A stretch of 64,000 bases of DNA. Origin: Mobula birostris. Taxonomy: Eukaryota. The notes beneath the pieces were generated by a model. The model saw only the letters and a list, made by a program, of their open reading frames with translations. It did not search any database and was not told the DNA's origin. The stretch is taken from contig NC_092370.1 in assembly GCF_030028105.1 (NCBI RefSeq), positions 232,854,005-232,918,004 of the forward strand, read 5' to 3'. The first letter of the stretch is position 1, and each line of letters starts with the position of its first letter. The position numbers were made by a program, and so were the translations under genes. Of the stretch, positions 22,601 to 34,600 are shown piece after piece.

Positions 22601-25600
22601 TGAAGGTATGTGCTAGCAGGCTCAAGGAGAGCTTCTATCCCATTGTTATTTCTTGGCTTCATAATCTATCTTATCATGACCTTGCACTTTATTCTTTACT
22701 GCACTTTTTCGGTAGCTTTTACGCTTTACTTATTTATGTCTGTCTGTTGAGGTACAGTTTGCAACAGGCCGTCCCAGCCCTTCGAACCAATGTCGCCCAG
22801 CAACCCCTGATTTAACCCTAGTCTGATCACGGGCAATTTACAATGACCAATTAACCCACCAACTGGTACGTTTTTGGACTGTGGGAGGAAATTGTAGCAC
22901 TGAGAGGAAACCCATGTAGTCACTGGGAGAACATACAAACTCCTTACAGACAGCGGCTGGAAACTGTCTATAGCCATCGAGCTGCACTGGGACCATAGCC
23001 CTCCCTACCTCCCATCCACATACCTATCCAAACTTATCTTGAACGTTGAAATTGAGCTCACATGCACCACTTGTGCTGGCAGCTCATTCCACACTCTCAT
23101 TGCCCTCTGAGTGAAGAAGTTTCCCCTCATGTTCTCCTTAAACTTTTCAACTTTCACCTTTTACCCATAGCCTCTAGTTGTAGTCCCACCCTATCTAGTG
23201 GGAAAAGTCTGATTGCATTTACCCTATCTATACCCCTCATAATTTTAATCTGTATGAACAGTAAGCACAACAAGCTTTTCACTGTATCTTGGTACATGTG
23301 ACGATAATGAGTCAATATCTGCTGCCTATCTTCATGCCATAAGCAAAATTAGGTGCTTAATACTCTTTCCACCCTCCTCTCAGTCAGTAATATCAGTAGG
23401 AAATAATTGAGAGCCAAGGACTGATCCACTGGTTACATTGTTCTGGTCTGAAAACGACCTTTTATTCTGACTCTTACTTCCATTCTTTAATCCATGTTAA
23501 TATATTTTCCCCAATGCTCTAATCTCCTATGTTGTGCTGTAGCCTATTTAAAGTGGGACATCCTTAATCAGATATTTCTCATTTATATGTAGTATGGTAA
23601 AATATGTCTCACAGGTATAAGTTGCAAGGTAGCGTAAGTGCTCACAATGGTGTGGCCAGCCTTAATATTCCAAATTTCAAATGAAAATATTAATTTTTTG
23701 AAGGATTTCTAAAATAAAAAAAATCTGGTGACAGTGTGATAAATTATGGTTTTGAACAACTTGCTCCACAGTCCAGGTGTTCACAGGAACTTTTCCACTG
23801 TGGAAAAGCCAGGAGATATTTGCCTTGCCATATCTATTGGAAATATTAAAAACATTTTTATTTTTATTTTCAAGTTTTCTTCCTGCGCCAACACAGCTGT
23901 CCCAGGACCAGCTGGAAGCTGACGAAAAGGCCCGTGCTCAACGAGCCAGACAAACAGCCTTGGTAGCATCCCGCAGAGAACCTCCGCCATATGGGCATCG
24001 AAAAGGATGGATTCCTCGTTCCTTGGAGGTACATCTGCAATCTTGTCATGATTATCTATTTTGCCAAACACAACATTGACATATCATGTGCTTGAACTAA
24101 ACATTTAGCTGCAGCAGTTAGTAATATTGATACATGTAAGAATTTCTATCTTTATTGATGTCTGTACTTTCAGCATTATTATCCATTGCATAGAGACTGA
24201 ATTTCAGGTGCTCAGTTCTCTCTGCCACAGCTCATCAGGTGCTGTGTAAACAACACTAACTTTATTGTAAATATTTAACGGACACATCTCCCATTCATAT
24301 TTTGGAGTTTGTTACGGCATTAGTGTTACTGATACACAACAAAGTACTGGAAATTACCTTGATTGTTAGTGAAGGTATTGAGAGATTTATGAGCTGTTTT
24401 TATTTTAGTGTGACTTCTACTACTTGCTACTTTGTTTCTACCTTTTATCAAAAGGTGTATTCAGCAGCCAGGGTGGTAAGTAGGGGAAAAACTTAAAACT
24501 AGGGGGTTACTAAATATGTGGAATCAACACAACCATTTGTATTCAGCCTGCCTTCAATTCTGCTATTCAAGTAAGTCTCTGGTTTTTCACAGCACTTTGC
24601 CTGACAAAACATTTGGGCATGGACTAACTAGGGTGCTTGACAGCATTGCAGTTGGGTTGGCTTTGCCACTGAGAATTAATGTTGTTGATAAAACACTTTT
24701 CCAGTCTTATGGGAGCAATTATAAGTCAATGATTGTTGAACACTAACTCTAAACAAAAACTTGCTGCTCTTGTTTATAATTGTAGTTCCTGTGCATCTGA
24801 CAGCTCTGCCAAATGTTTGCTATTTTGCATTATTGCATAGCAAGGATACCAGGATTAGTGATTTGCAGTTTCACACGGACTTCTCTGTTCCACTGAAGTT
24901 CAGCCTGAGTATCTTGTCATTCTTCACTCTCATAGGACGTGAGCAGAAGTAGATCATTTGGTTCTTCCAGCTGTCTCCAACTTTCAACAGAATTATGGTT
25001 GGTCCAGTATTAGTTTCAACTCTACCTCGCAGTTCGTTCCCCCTTGTAGTTCAAATGTCTGTTGGTCTCCATGTTGAATATATGCACTGATTCTGCCTTT
25101 GGAAGTCTAGGCTAGAGAATTTCAGAGAGTTGAAACACTAAGATGAAGTTCCCTTTCATCTCCATCTGAAATGGATGACTCCTTATTCCAAAGCTATAAA
25201 CAGCCCCAATCGGAGTAAATATTAAATACCCATCCTGTGAATAGTGCTTCAGTAAAATCAACTCTCATTCTTTTGAACTTCACGAGCAAAGTCTGATCCT
25301 GTTTGACCTGTCTTTTATAGGTCAAATCTTAGATTCCATAAATCAGCCTATTGAACCTTCCCCATACTGCCTCAAAATCCTCCTTTAAATTTGGAGACCA
25401 AAGCTTCCTTGCAATTGTGTTCTTGTAACAAGGGTCAACTTTCCATTAACTTTCCTAAATACTCACTGTACCTCCGTACCAGTTTTTGCTTTATGCAAAA
25501 TGAGTCCATATTCCATTAAATGCAATATTTTGTAGTCTTACTCTATTTAAATAATTTACTTTTCCATTTTTCCTTCAACCTCATATTTTCCCTACTCTGT

Positions 25601-28600
25601 ATTTTTTTCGGCCAGATCCTTCCCTACTTTCAGCACAAAATAGTATCAAGAGACCTGCTGTCACTGGTTTGAAAATTTTTTCAATATTTTCTTAAGCGTA
25701 TTCAAAAATGTATGTACAAAAGGCAACATGTTGTTCTCTGAGTAGACCCTTTCAAAGTTTTGTGCTCAGAAGTATATTTTCATTTTTCAAATAATCTTTA
25801 CAGCTAACCTGCAGGAGTCAGTATAAAAAGATCAGTAAAGTGATGTATAGAGGCTGCAGTGGAGGAACTATCTAAATAAAAACATTCAATTTTAAAATAG
25901 CAACTTAAAATGTGTAATGGATGACTGTCTTGTTTAACATCTTGAATGTGTTTCAAGGCTATGCAAATATGCCTTTCAGAGATAGTATCACAGCTGCAGA
26001 AAGGGCAAATGCCGTGGAGTGATCGCATACTTAGTGTGGGTGGAAGTCAGGAATTGGAAGAGACCAATTAGTCTAATTAGGAGTGCTTCCCCCCCCCCCC
26101 CCCAGTAGAAACAGAGACACTGAGAAGCAGATTGGGAGACAGATTTTGGAAAAGTGCAAAGATAAGTGTTGTTGTCATGGGTAACTTCATCTTCCCTAAT
26201 ATTAATTGAGACCTCCTTAAACAGGTTTTATTGAGATAGAATTTGTTGGGTGTGTCCATCAAGGATGGCAGGATTCTTAGCATGTGGAGCAACAGAAAGA
26301 TTTTGGGGTCCAAGTCCATTGTTCCCTCAAAATTACCACACGTAGTTAAGAAGACCTTTGTTAATCAGTGGATTGAGTTCAAGAGTGTCAAGATAATGTT
26401 GCAGCTCTATGAAACTGTAACTCTTGGGAGTACTGATTCGGTCTTTCTTTTTCTACCTCCAGGATTTTGGCGATGGAGGCGCATTTCCAGAGATCCATAT
26501 GGCACAGTTTCCATTGGACATGGGCCGCAAGAAGAAATCATCCAATGCCCTGCCGGTTCAGGTGGACGCAGAGGGGAAGATCAAATTTGATGCCATTGCC
26601 AGACAAGGACAGTCAAAGGACAAGGTACAGTCGACCTTCACTAATCCAACTACCTGTAATCTGGTTCCTTTGATAATCCAGCACTGATTTCAAATTTTCC
26701 GTGCAACTGTAATTTCAAATTTCCCGGGCCACCATACCAATCTGCTGCGCATTGTTTTGGTTGCACTAGATCTGTTCACATGTTGGCGCGCTCTTGTAAG
26801 CACAGACAGGCGATTTCTGCTTGTTTTCCTGCATTTATTAATATCAATGGCCTTTTATTGGCCCCAATTATGACCCCAGTGAGTAAAGGAAATGCACTTG
26901 GTGCTGTGAAGCGAAAACACCGCACATTATCCATTAAAGATAAGGTTGAACTCTTGAAAAAACTGGACAGTGGTGTATCGATGAAAAGCTTGTGCGAGTG
27001 TTACAACATTGGCTCTTCCACAGTGGACGATATAAGGAAACAGAAAGGAAAACTGCTACATTTTTTTGCTGATAGTGGCTGAAAGAAACATTTGCGTAAG
27101 AAAAACAATGAAAGATGGAAGAAGTTCAGAACTAGATAAAGTGCTGATAATGTTTAATCTTCGTGTAAGTGAAGGTGTTGAACTATCTGGAGATATGGTG
27201 AAGGAACAAGCAAAAGTGTTTCATGAAGAACGAGGACTAGATTATGAGTGTGACTATAGTGAAGGCTGGCTTCATCAGTTCAAGCAGCGTCATGGCTTAT
27301 GGTGTTGTGCAGTGTGTGGTGAAAAACATTCAGCAGACAAGGAAGCAACAGCAGAGTTTGTTGACGAGTTCGCCAAGTTAGTCTCCGATGAAAAATTAAG
27401 CTCCGGGCAGGTGTACAATGCTGATGAGACTGCTTTGTATTGGAGATGTACACCAAGAAAAACACTAACAACAGCAGATGCAGAATCGCCAACAGGGTAT
27501 AAGGCAATTTCCTGTAATTTACCGTGCTAACAAAATGTTGATGATCCTGACAACCCCACACTTGCAGACATGTAACTTTACCTGAAGGTATATTAAAGGT
27601 CTCACTTTAGAAGCGGGAGAGCTCAACTTTTCTGTATAAGTTAATTCCCGTACATTTGCCTGTACCCTTTATTTTATCTGTGCCTGTACAGTATATTACT
27701 TTATCAAAATTTCACTTGCTACTCATTTGAACCCTGGAGCATATCCTCAGTGGCTGTGCAAGAGCACTTGGTGAGGGACGGTACAGGTGGAGGCATGATC
27801 AGGTCCTGAAGACCATCGCTGAAGCCGTCAGCAAAGGAGTTGAGTGGGCGAAGCGGTCTCGACCCTCCAAGCAGACCATTGCCTTTGTCAGAGCTGGGGA
27901 GCAGCCAATACCTGCCAAAAGAACATCTGCAGGCATCCTGACCTCTGCAAGGGACTGGCAGCTGTTGGTGGACCTCGAAGGGCAGCTGAAGTTCCCCAAC
28001 CATATCGCAGCCACCACCCCACAACCAGACATTGTCCTAGTGTCTGAGTCTACTAAGCAAGTGGTGCTGCTGGAGCTGACAGTCCCATGGGAAGATAGCT
28101 TGGAGGAGGCCTTTGAAAGGAAGCTCTCCAAGTACGCAGGACTGGTCAGCAACTGTCAGCAGGCTGAATGGAGAGCGAGGTGTCTCCCAGTGGAGGTTGG
28201 TTGTAGGGGATTCATAGCCCGTTCTTTAGTTAGAGCCTTCAGCATTTTGGGCACCGAGGGAGAGAGGAAGAGGAGAGCCATCCGCAGTACCACCGATGCG
28301 GCAGAGAGGGCCTCAAGGTGGCTGTGGCTCAAAAGAGGGGAGCCATGGAGTCATAAGTAGCTAGCCATCTGGACACAAGCTGGGGTCTGATCAGCCCCGG
28401 CTGGGGTCACCTGGAGGAGGTTGTATGATGTTGAAAGACCCAAAACACCCGATGATTCCAGGAACATCACTGAAGATTTGTCCAGAAGCATCAATAGATG
28501 TATGTATACGGTAATATCTCTGTTTCATTATTATCTAACTTGTACTGATTTACATGATATTTTTAAGGTATGATGAGGTGGTTAGCTATTGCTTAATGTG

Positions 28601-31600
28601 ATCCTTCTGTAATTCGCCATTTTCACTAATCCGGCACTCCTCAGGTCCCAATGGCGCCAGATTAGTGAAGGTAGACCTGTAGAGTAATTTCCATCTGATT
28701 CTTATCTGCAGATGTGTTATGCTACTTTGTTTTCTACTTCCATCATCAGATGGGCTGAGTGAGGAATACCTTCCTTACGCCTGGTCCAGAATTCTAACTC
28801 GTATTTTGGGTAGATAACTTTTTATTAAGTTATACAATAGTTGTCAAGATGGTGAGGATGTAATGTGTAATTCAGAAAATTTGGCTTTACAGACTTACAA
28901 TGTTCATCAACGTTTGTTTCTCTTCAGGTTATTTACAGCAAGTTTACAGATCTTATTCCTAAAGAAGTTATAAATGAAGATGACCCAGATCTGCAGAGGC
29001 CTGATGAAGACAGTATAAAGGAGGTAAACTACTTATAATTCTACAAATGTGTAGGTATGACATAAGGAATGTTTCTGATTTGACGATATTATTGAATTCA
29101 AGGAGATACTGGAGATTTGAAAAGAAGAGTAAGCTTGTGCTTGGAGAGAGTCCAGAGGAGGCTCACTAGAATGATCCTGGTGATGAAAGGGTTAATGCCT
29201 GTGAAGTGTTTGATGGCTCTGGGCCTGTACTCGCAGGAGTTTAGAAGAATAAGCAGGGATCTCATTGAAACCTATTGAATAATGAAAGACCTTGATAGAA
29301 TGGATGTGGAGAGGATGTTTCCTATAGTGGATGAGTATAGGACCAGAGGGCACAGTCTTAAAATAGAAGGATGTCCCTTTATAACAGAGATGAGGAATTT
29401 CTTTAGCCAGAGGGTGGTGAATCTGTGGAATTCGTTCTCACATGCAGCGGTGGGGCCAGATCATTGGGTATATTTAAGCAGAAGTTTATAGCTTCTTAAT
29501 TAGTAGGGGTGTCAAGGGTAATGAAGAGAAGACAGGAGAATGAGGTTGAGAGGGACATTAAATCAGCCATAATTGAATGGTGGAGCAGACTCAATGGCCT
29601 AAATCTGCTACAATGTCTTATTGCCTTGTAGAACATAAGGACAGTGCAACATATGGACAGACCCTCCAGACCATGCCAATTTAAACTGCACATCTGCCTG
29701 CATGTGGTCTATATCTCTCAATTCCTTGCCTGTGTGTGTGTCCTTCCAAATGACTCTTCAATATTGCTTTCACCATTCTCTGGCAGTGCGGGACTAGCCA
29801 TTTCTCTGACTTTATACAAAAGCTGTTGAAAAATACTGGAATTTGCATAACATTTTCTGTACACCAGACGATTCTTAGAGGATGCAGCTGAATTGACTGT
29901 AGTGTTCCCAAAAGTCAGTTAATGAACAAGCTGTTTTCACATACAAGATGATTTATGGGAGAAATAAGTCTTCAAAGGGTTGAGCTACAGGCCAAACCCT
30001 TTAAACATATCTTGCATGTTTTGTTGTGGGAATGGATATTTTCTTCCCTGCACATGTCCATCAGACAGATTAATTGATTGTTTCTTCTGTTTTTCATGAA
30101 GAAATTAGTGTACAGATTTTCTGCCGTGTTTCTGAATAACAATTTGTACTACACAGAAATTTTTTTAAAAATTTTGAAGACATTTTACAGACATTCAGGC
30201 AATTTGAAAGTTTCATGTTTTTAGACATAACAGGAATGTGGGGATGACAAAGTAGATTTCATGGTGTCTTACTCCCTTCATGCCAAAGGTTATGACATTT
30301 CTAAATAAAAGGAGATTCTTTTATTCAGGTGCATTAACTCTGGTTCTGTTTGTGTGATGAATTCTGTACAATATCTTGGAGGATTTTATAATACATGGAC
30401 TTCTAAAGTATACACATGCCAAAGTATGTCACGTTCTTTGGGAGATTTCAGCATTATAAATCATGCATACTTTAGTCACACAGAAAGGAAGATCATGTAC
30501 TGTAATAAAGTTGACTTGTATTGCCTTATGTTCCACACATGTGCTTTGTGAGTGGTTGAGTCTGGGTTGATTGACTCAGAGAGACAGTAGTAGGTAGATG
30601 TGCAAGTTAGCCTTGTAGATTGAATGTTCTTCAATAGTAACCAATAATAATGATGTAGAGGTACAAATCATTATGTATACAACATTCCAGCTTTGATTCC
30701 CACTGTGAAATAATGTTAGATTGCAGGGTTTGTGATGTCTCTTGAAGTTAAATAGCTCACTGGTATTCATAGCAAGTTTTCACGTCTGGATGTTTGGTGG
30801 TGTTTAAGAATGACAAAGAACTGTGTGCTAGGTGAAATGAAGGGAGGGAAAGGCTTTTCAGTGCGGAGTGATGTTAAAATGTCCCTCAGTATTACTGCTG
30901 ATCCGGTACAGCAAAAGTAATGTGAGTGTTATCTGTGGAAACAAAACTGAAATGTTGGTAGAGTCAGAAGAAGTACTCTTTAATTGAGGGTACGATTACA
31001 TTCTTCCACTGGGAATAAGCAACGCCATAATATTGTGTGACATGGTGTTTCTAACACCTGTGTTTAAAGACTAATACATTTTGACAGTTGACTTTGTCTT
31101 GGGTAAGATGGCCTGTGAATCCTTGAAAATTAAGATTGTAAGTAGAGGTTGTGTGGTATGTTGACCATAGGCAGTCCAGAGGTAATGCATTTTAATTTGC
31201 TAAACTGACTATTGTTTCATTACAGTTGACTGAAAAGACGCGTTCAGCTCTTGAGAAACAAGTCTCACAGAAGGTTGCAGCAGCCATGCCTGTTCGAGCA
31301 GCTGAGAAACTAGCCCCTGCACAGTACATCAGGTTAGAAGAGTCACACAAGCAGTGGTGATATTTTGATGTCTAATTTGTTTTTCTAATGCATGCTGCAT
31401 CTTAATGAGGTTCAGCATGTAGTGCTTTGGATATATCGTTTTGATTACACTTCATATAATAATCTTAGCTTGTCTGTCAAGAGCAACACACAAAAATTGC
31501 TGGAGGAACTCAGTAGGTCAGGCAACATCTGTGGAGGGAATAAACAGTCAACGTTTTGGGCTGAGATCCTATCAGGACTGGAAAGGAAGAGGAAAGAAGC

Positions 31601-34600
31601 CATAGCAAGAAGGTGGGGAGAGGGGCAGGGGTGCAAGCTGGCAGGTGATATGTGAGGGGGAAGATAGGTGAGTAGGGAAGAGGGAGAATTAAGTGAGAAG
31701 CTGGGTGGTGATAAGTGAGAGAGGTAAAGAACTGAAGTAGGAATTTGATAGGAGAGGTCGGTGGACCATTGGAGAAATGGAATGAAGGAGGGGCAGCAGA
31801 GGGAGGTGATGAGCAGGTGAGGAGAAGAGGGCATCCAGAATGGGGAATGGAAAAAGAGTGAAGGGAGAGTGGGAGTAGTTACCAGAAAGAAGAAAAATAA
31901 ATGTTTATGGCATCAAGTTGGAGGCTCCTCAGACAGAATATGAAGTGTTGCTCCTCCAACTTGAAGGTGGCCTCATCATGACCATAGAAGAAGCCAGAAT
32001 GAGAATGTGAAATAGAATTAAAATGGGTAGCCACTGGGAAATCCAGCCTTTTGTGACTGTCAAGAGTTGGATTATGAAAACTTGAATTTTTTTTAAAAAA
32101 GGGGACTATGGAAAAGCAGCGGAAAGATTCCTCCTGCATAGCTGTCAGACTGATTAAGGCATACGCTCTTGCTCAAGAGCGTGCCTACAAGTGGCACTAT
32201 GCTTCCTGCACCAACAGATAAGGAATGCTGGTACTGTTGGAGTAAGTTACAGAGAGTTAGAAGAGGCAGAGAAAGGGATGAATTTGAAAACAACAATGAG
32301 ATTTTAAAATTGAGTAATTGATAAGACCAAGATCCCTGTATCAATCAGTGATCCCAAAAATGATAGGTGGTTAGAATATTGTGTGAACCTGAATATCAGG
32401 CAGAGCTTTTTTTTTTTCCATAGAGTGCAAATTGGGATTTTCAGATACATGGGTTCTGAGTTCATGGGTATAAGTGTCGTGCTCTAGTTTGCTAGACCTT
32501 GATAAGACTAAATTTGGAATATTGTGTCCAGGTCTGTTATCCATACATATGGAAAGATATTCTTCCAGTAAGGGTACACTATAATTAATCCTGGAGCGAT
32601 GGTGTAAGGAATGATTAAGCAGATTGGGCAACATTACTCTTGGGTTTAGTTGAATGAGAAACTATTTCTTTGGATAAACAAAAAATACACCCAAAACCTC
32701 ACAGTATAGATAGGGTCCCCTGGCTGAGGCATCTAGAATCAAAAACCACAATGTCAATACAGTTTAGAGATAAAATTCATCACCCATAGTCAGTGAATTT
32801 TTCATGTTCCTTTTACAACTGAGCTGAGCTATTGATAGATATTAAGGGAATCAAGTTTTTTGGACTTGATACGAGAAAATGGCACGAAGCAACAGATCAG
32901 CCTTGATCTTGTTGATTCAAAGACCAGGTCATCATCATCATGCCATGTTGTATGTCATGGGCAATCATGGTCTATGACCATGATTGTTCTTGGCAATGTT
33001 TTCTACTGAAGTGGTTTACCATTGCCTGCTTTTAGGCAGTGTCTTTACAAGATGGGTGATCCCAGCCATGATAGATACTCTTCAGAGATTATCTTGCGTC
33101 AGTGGTTGCATAACCAGGACTTGTGATATGCATCAGCTGCTAGTGCGACCATCCACCACGTGCTCCTATGGCTTCACGTGACCCTAATCAGGGGGCTAAG
33201 CAGGTGCTACACCTTGCCCAAGGGTGACCTACAGGCTAGTAGAGGGAAGAAGCACCTTGCACCCCCTCTGGTAGAGACATTCTATATCGCCATCCCACCA
33301 CCCTAAAGCAGGTGCAGGGGGATAAAATAACCAATTCTTCTTATTTCTTACTTTTCTTATTCAGTACATAAGGGAACACGTGCATGGGTAAGTGTTTCAT
33401 TTGGCAGGAAAGTTGATGCATTAATGAAGTAGTGCAACTAAAACATGTTTACCTTGATGGTCAGAAACTTAGTCTTGAGTCAAAAATGACCGAGATAGGG
33501 AAAAACGTGATTCAGTTTCAGCTTGCCAGGTGAATGGATGGAAGGGTCATGAGGGAACAGGCTTTGTAATAGCATCCAAAGGGCTGAGTTGGATCTTTGT
33601 TTTCTAGCTTAAAGGATTTGTAACCAAGGCTGAGTTTCAACAAGCATTAAGGGTGTTATGATAGCGTAGCAGTTAGCGCAAATCTGCTACAGCTCTTGGT
33701 GTTCTGGAGTTCAGAGTTCAACTCCAGCACTCTCTGTAAGGAGTTAGTACGTTCTTCCTCTGAACCATGTGGGCTTCCTTCACTCAGTCCAGTTGGTAGG
33801 TTAATTGATCATTGTAAATTATTCTGTGATTGGACTAGTGTGAAGTAGATAAGTTGCTGGGTAGTATGGCTTGTTGGGCTGAAAGGGCGTGCCTCATGCT
33901 GTACCTCTAAATGAAAACAATAAAACATTGGAGCAGATTTAAGCCATTCAGCCCATCAAATCTGCTCCACCATTCCATCATGCCTGATCCTGGATCTCAC
34001 TCAACCCCATATGCCTGCCTTCTCATCATATCCTTTGATGCCCTGACCGATCAGGAAACAATCAACTTCCGCCTTAAATATATGCATGGACTTGGCCTCC
34101 TCCGCAGTCAGTGGCAGAGCATTCCAAGGATTTGCAACTCTCTGGCTAAGAAAAGTTCCTCCTTACCTCTGTTCTAAAAGGTCGCTCAGTTTTGAGGCTG
34201 TGCCCTCTAGTTCTGGATACTCCCAGCACAGGAAACATCCTCTCCGCATCCACCCTGTCTAGTCCTTTAAACATTTGGTAGGTCTCAATGACATACACCT
34301 GCATTCTTTTAAGTTCCAGATAAATAAAAAAAAATTATATCAAATTAAAGGGGCAAAGAATTAGTGTTGTCAATGTATATATGTATTCTTCTATCCATGC
34401 TGTTGATGGAGATCTCTGAACTAACAGAGAAGTTGTGACTGACTGTGACTCCTGATTTGTGTGATGCTAGGATCTCGTGCATTTTCTTGGAACTGAATAC
34501 TCGTTTGTTTATACATATGTCAGAATAAATGACCATGTCAATAAACTAAGTTTATTCTTCAATGCAGGTACACTCCTTCTCAGCAAGGTGTTGCTTTCAA

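Noticed and set aside
26780-27530. Domesticated TIGD/JRK gene
   Set aside because: It has a stop/frameshift, a truncated DDE domain, and retains TIRs and TA TSDs, so it is a decayed transposon.
28410-28452. Hammerhead-like TGATG...AAAC in the HERO 3' UTR
   Set aside because: It lacks the CUGANGA core and a proper stem II.
30861-30909. C/D-box snoRNA-like motif (CGGA GTGATGT...CTGA TCCG) in SNW1 intron 4
   Set aside because: Box C is imperfect and only 23 nt separate the boxes, too short for a snoRNA; probably chance.
33655-33730. tRNA gene
   Set aside because: The A/B-box-like sequence is the head of a V-SINE and does not form a cloverleaf.
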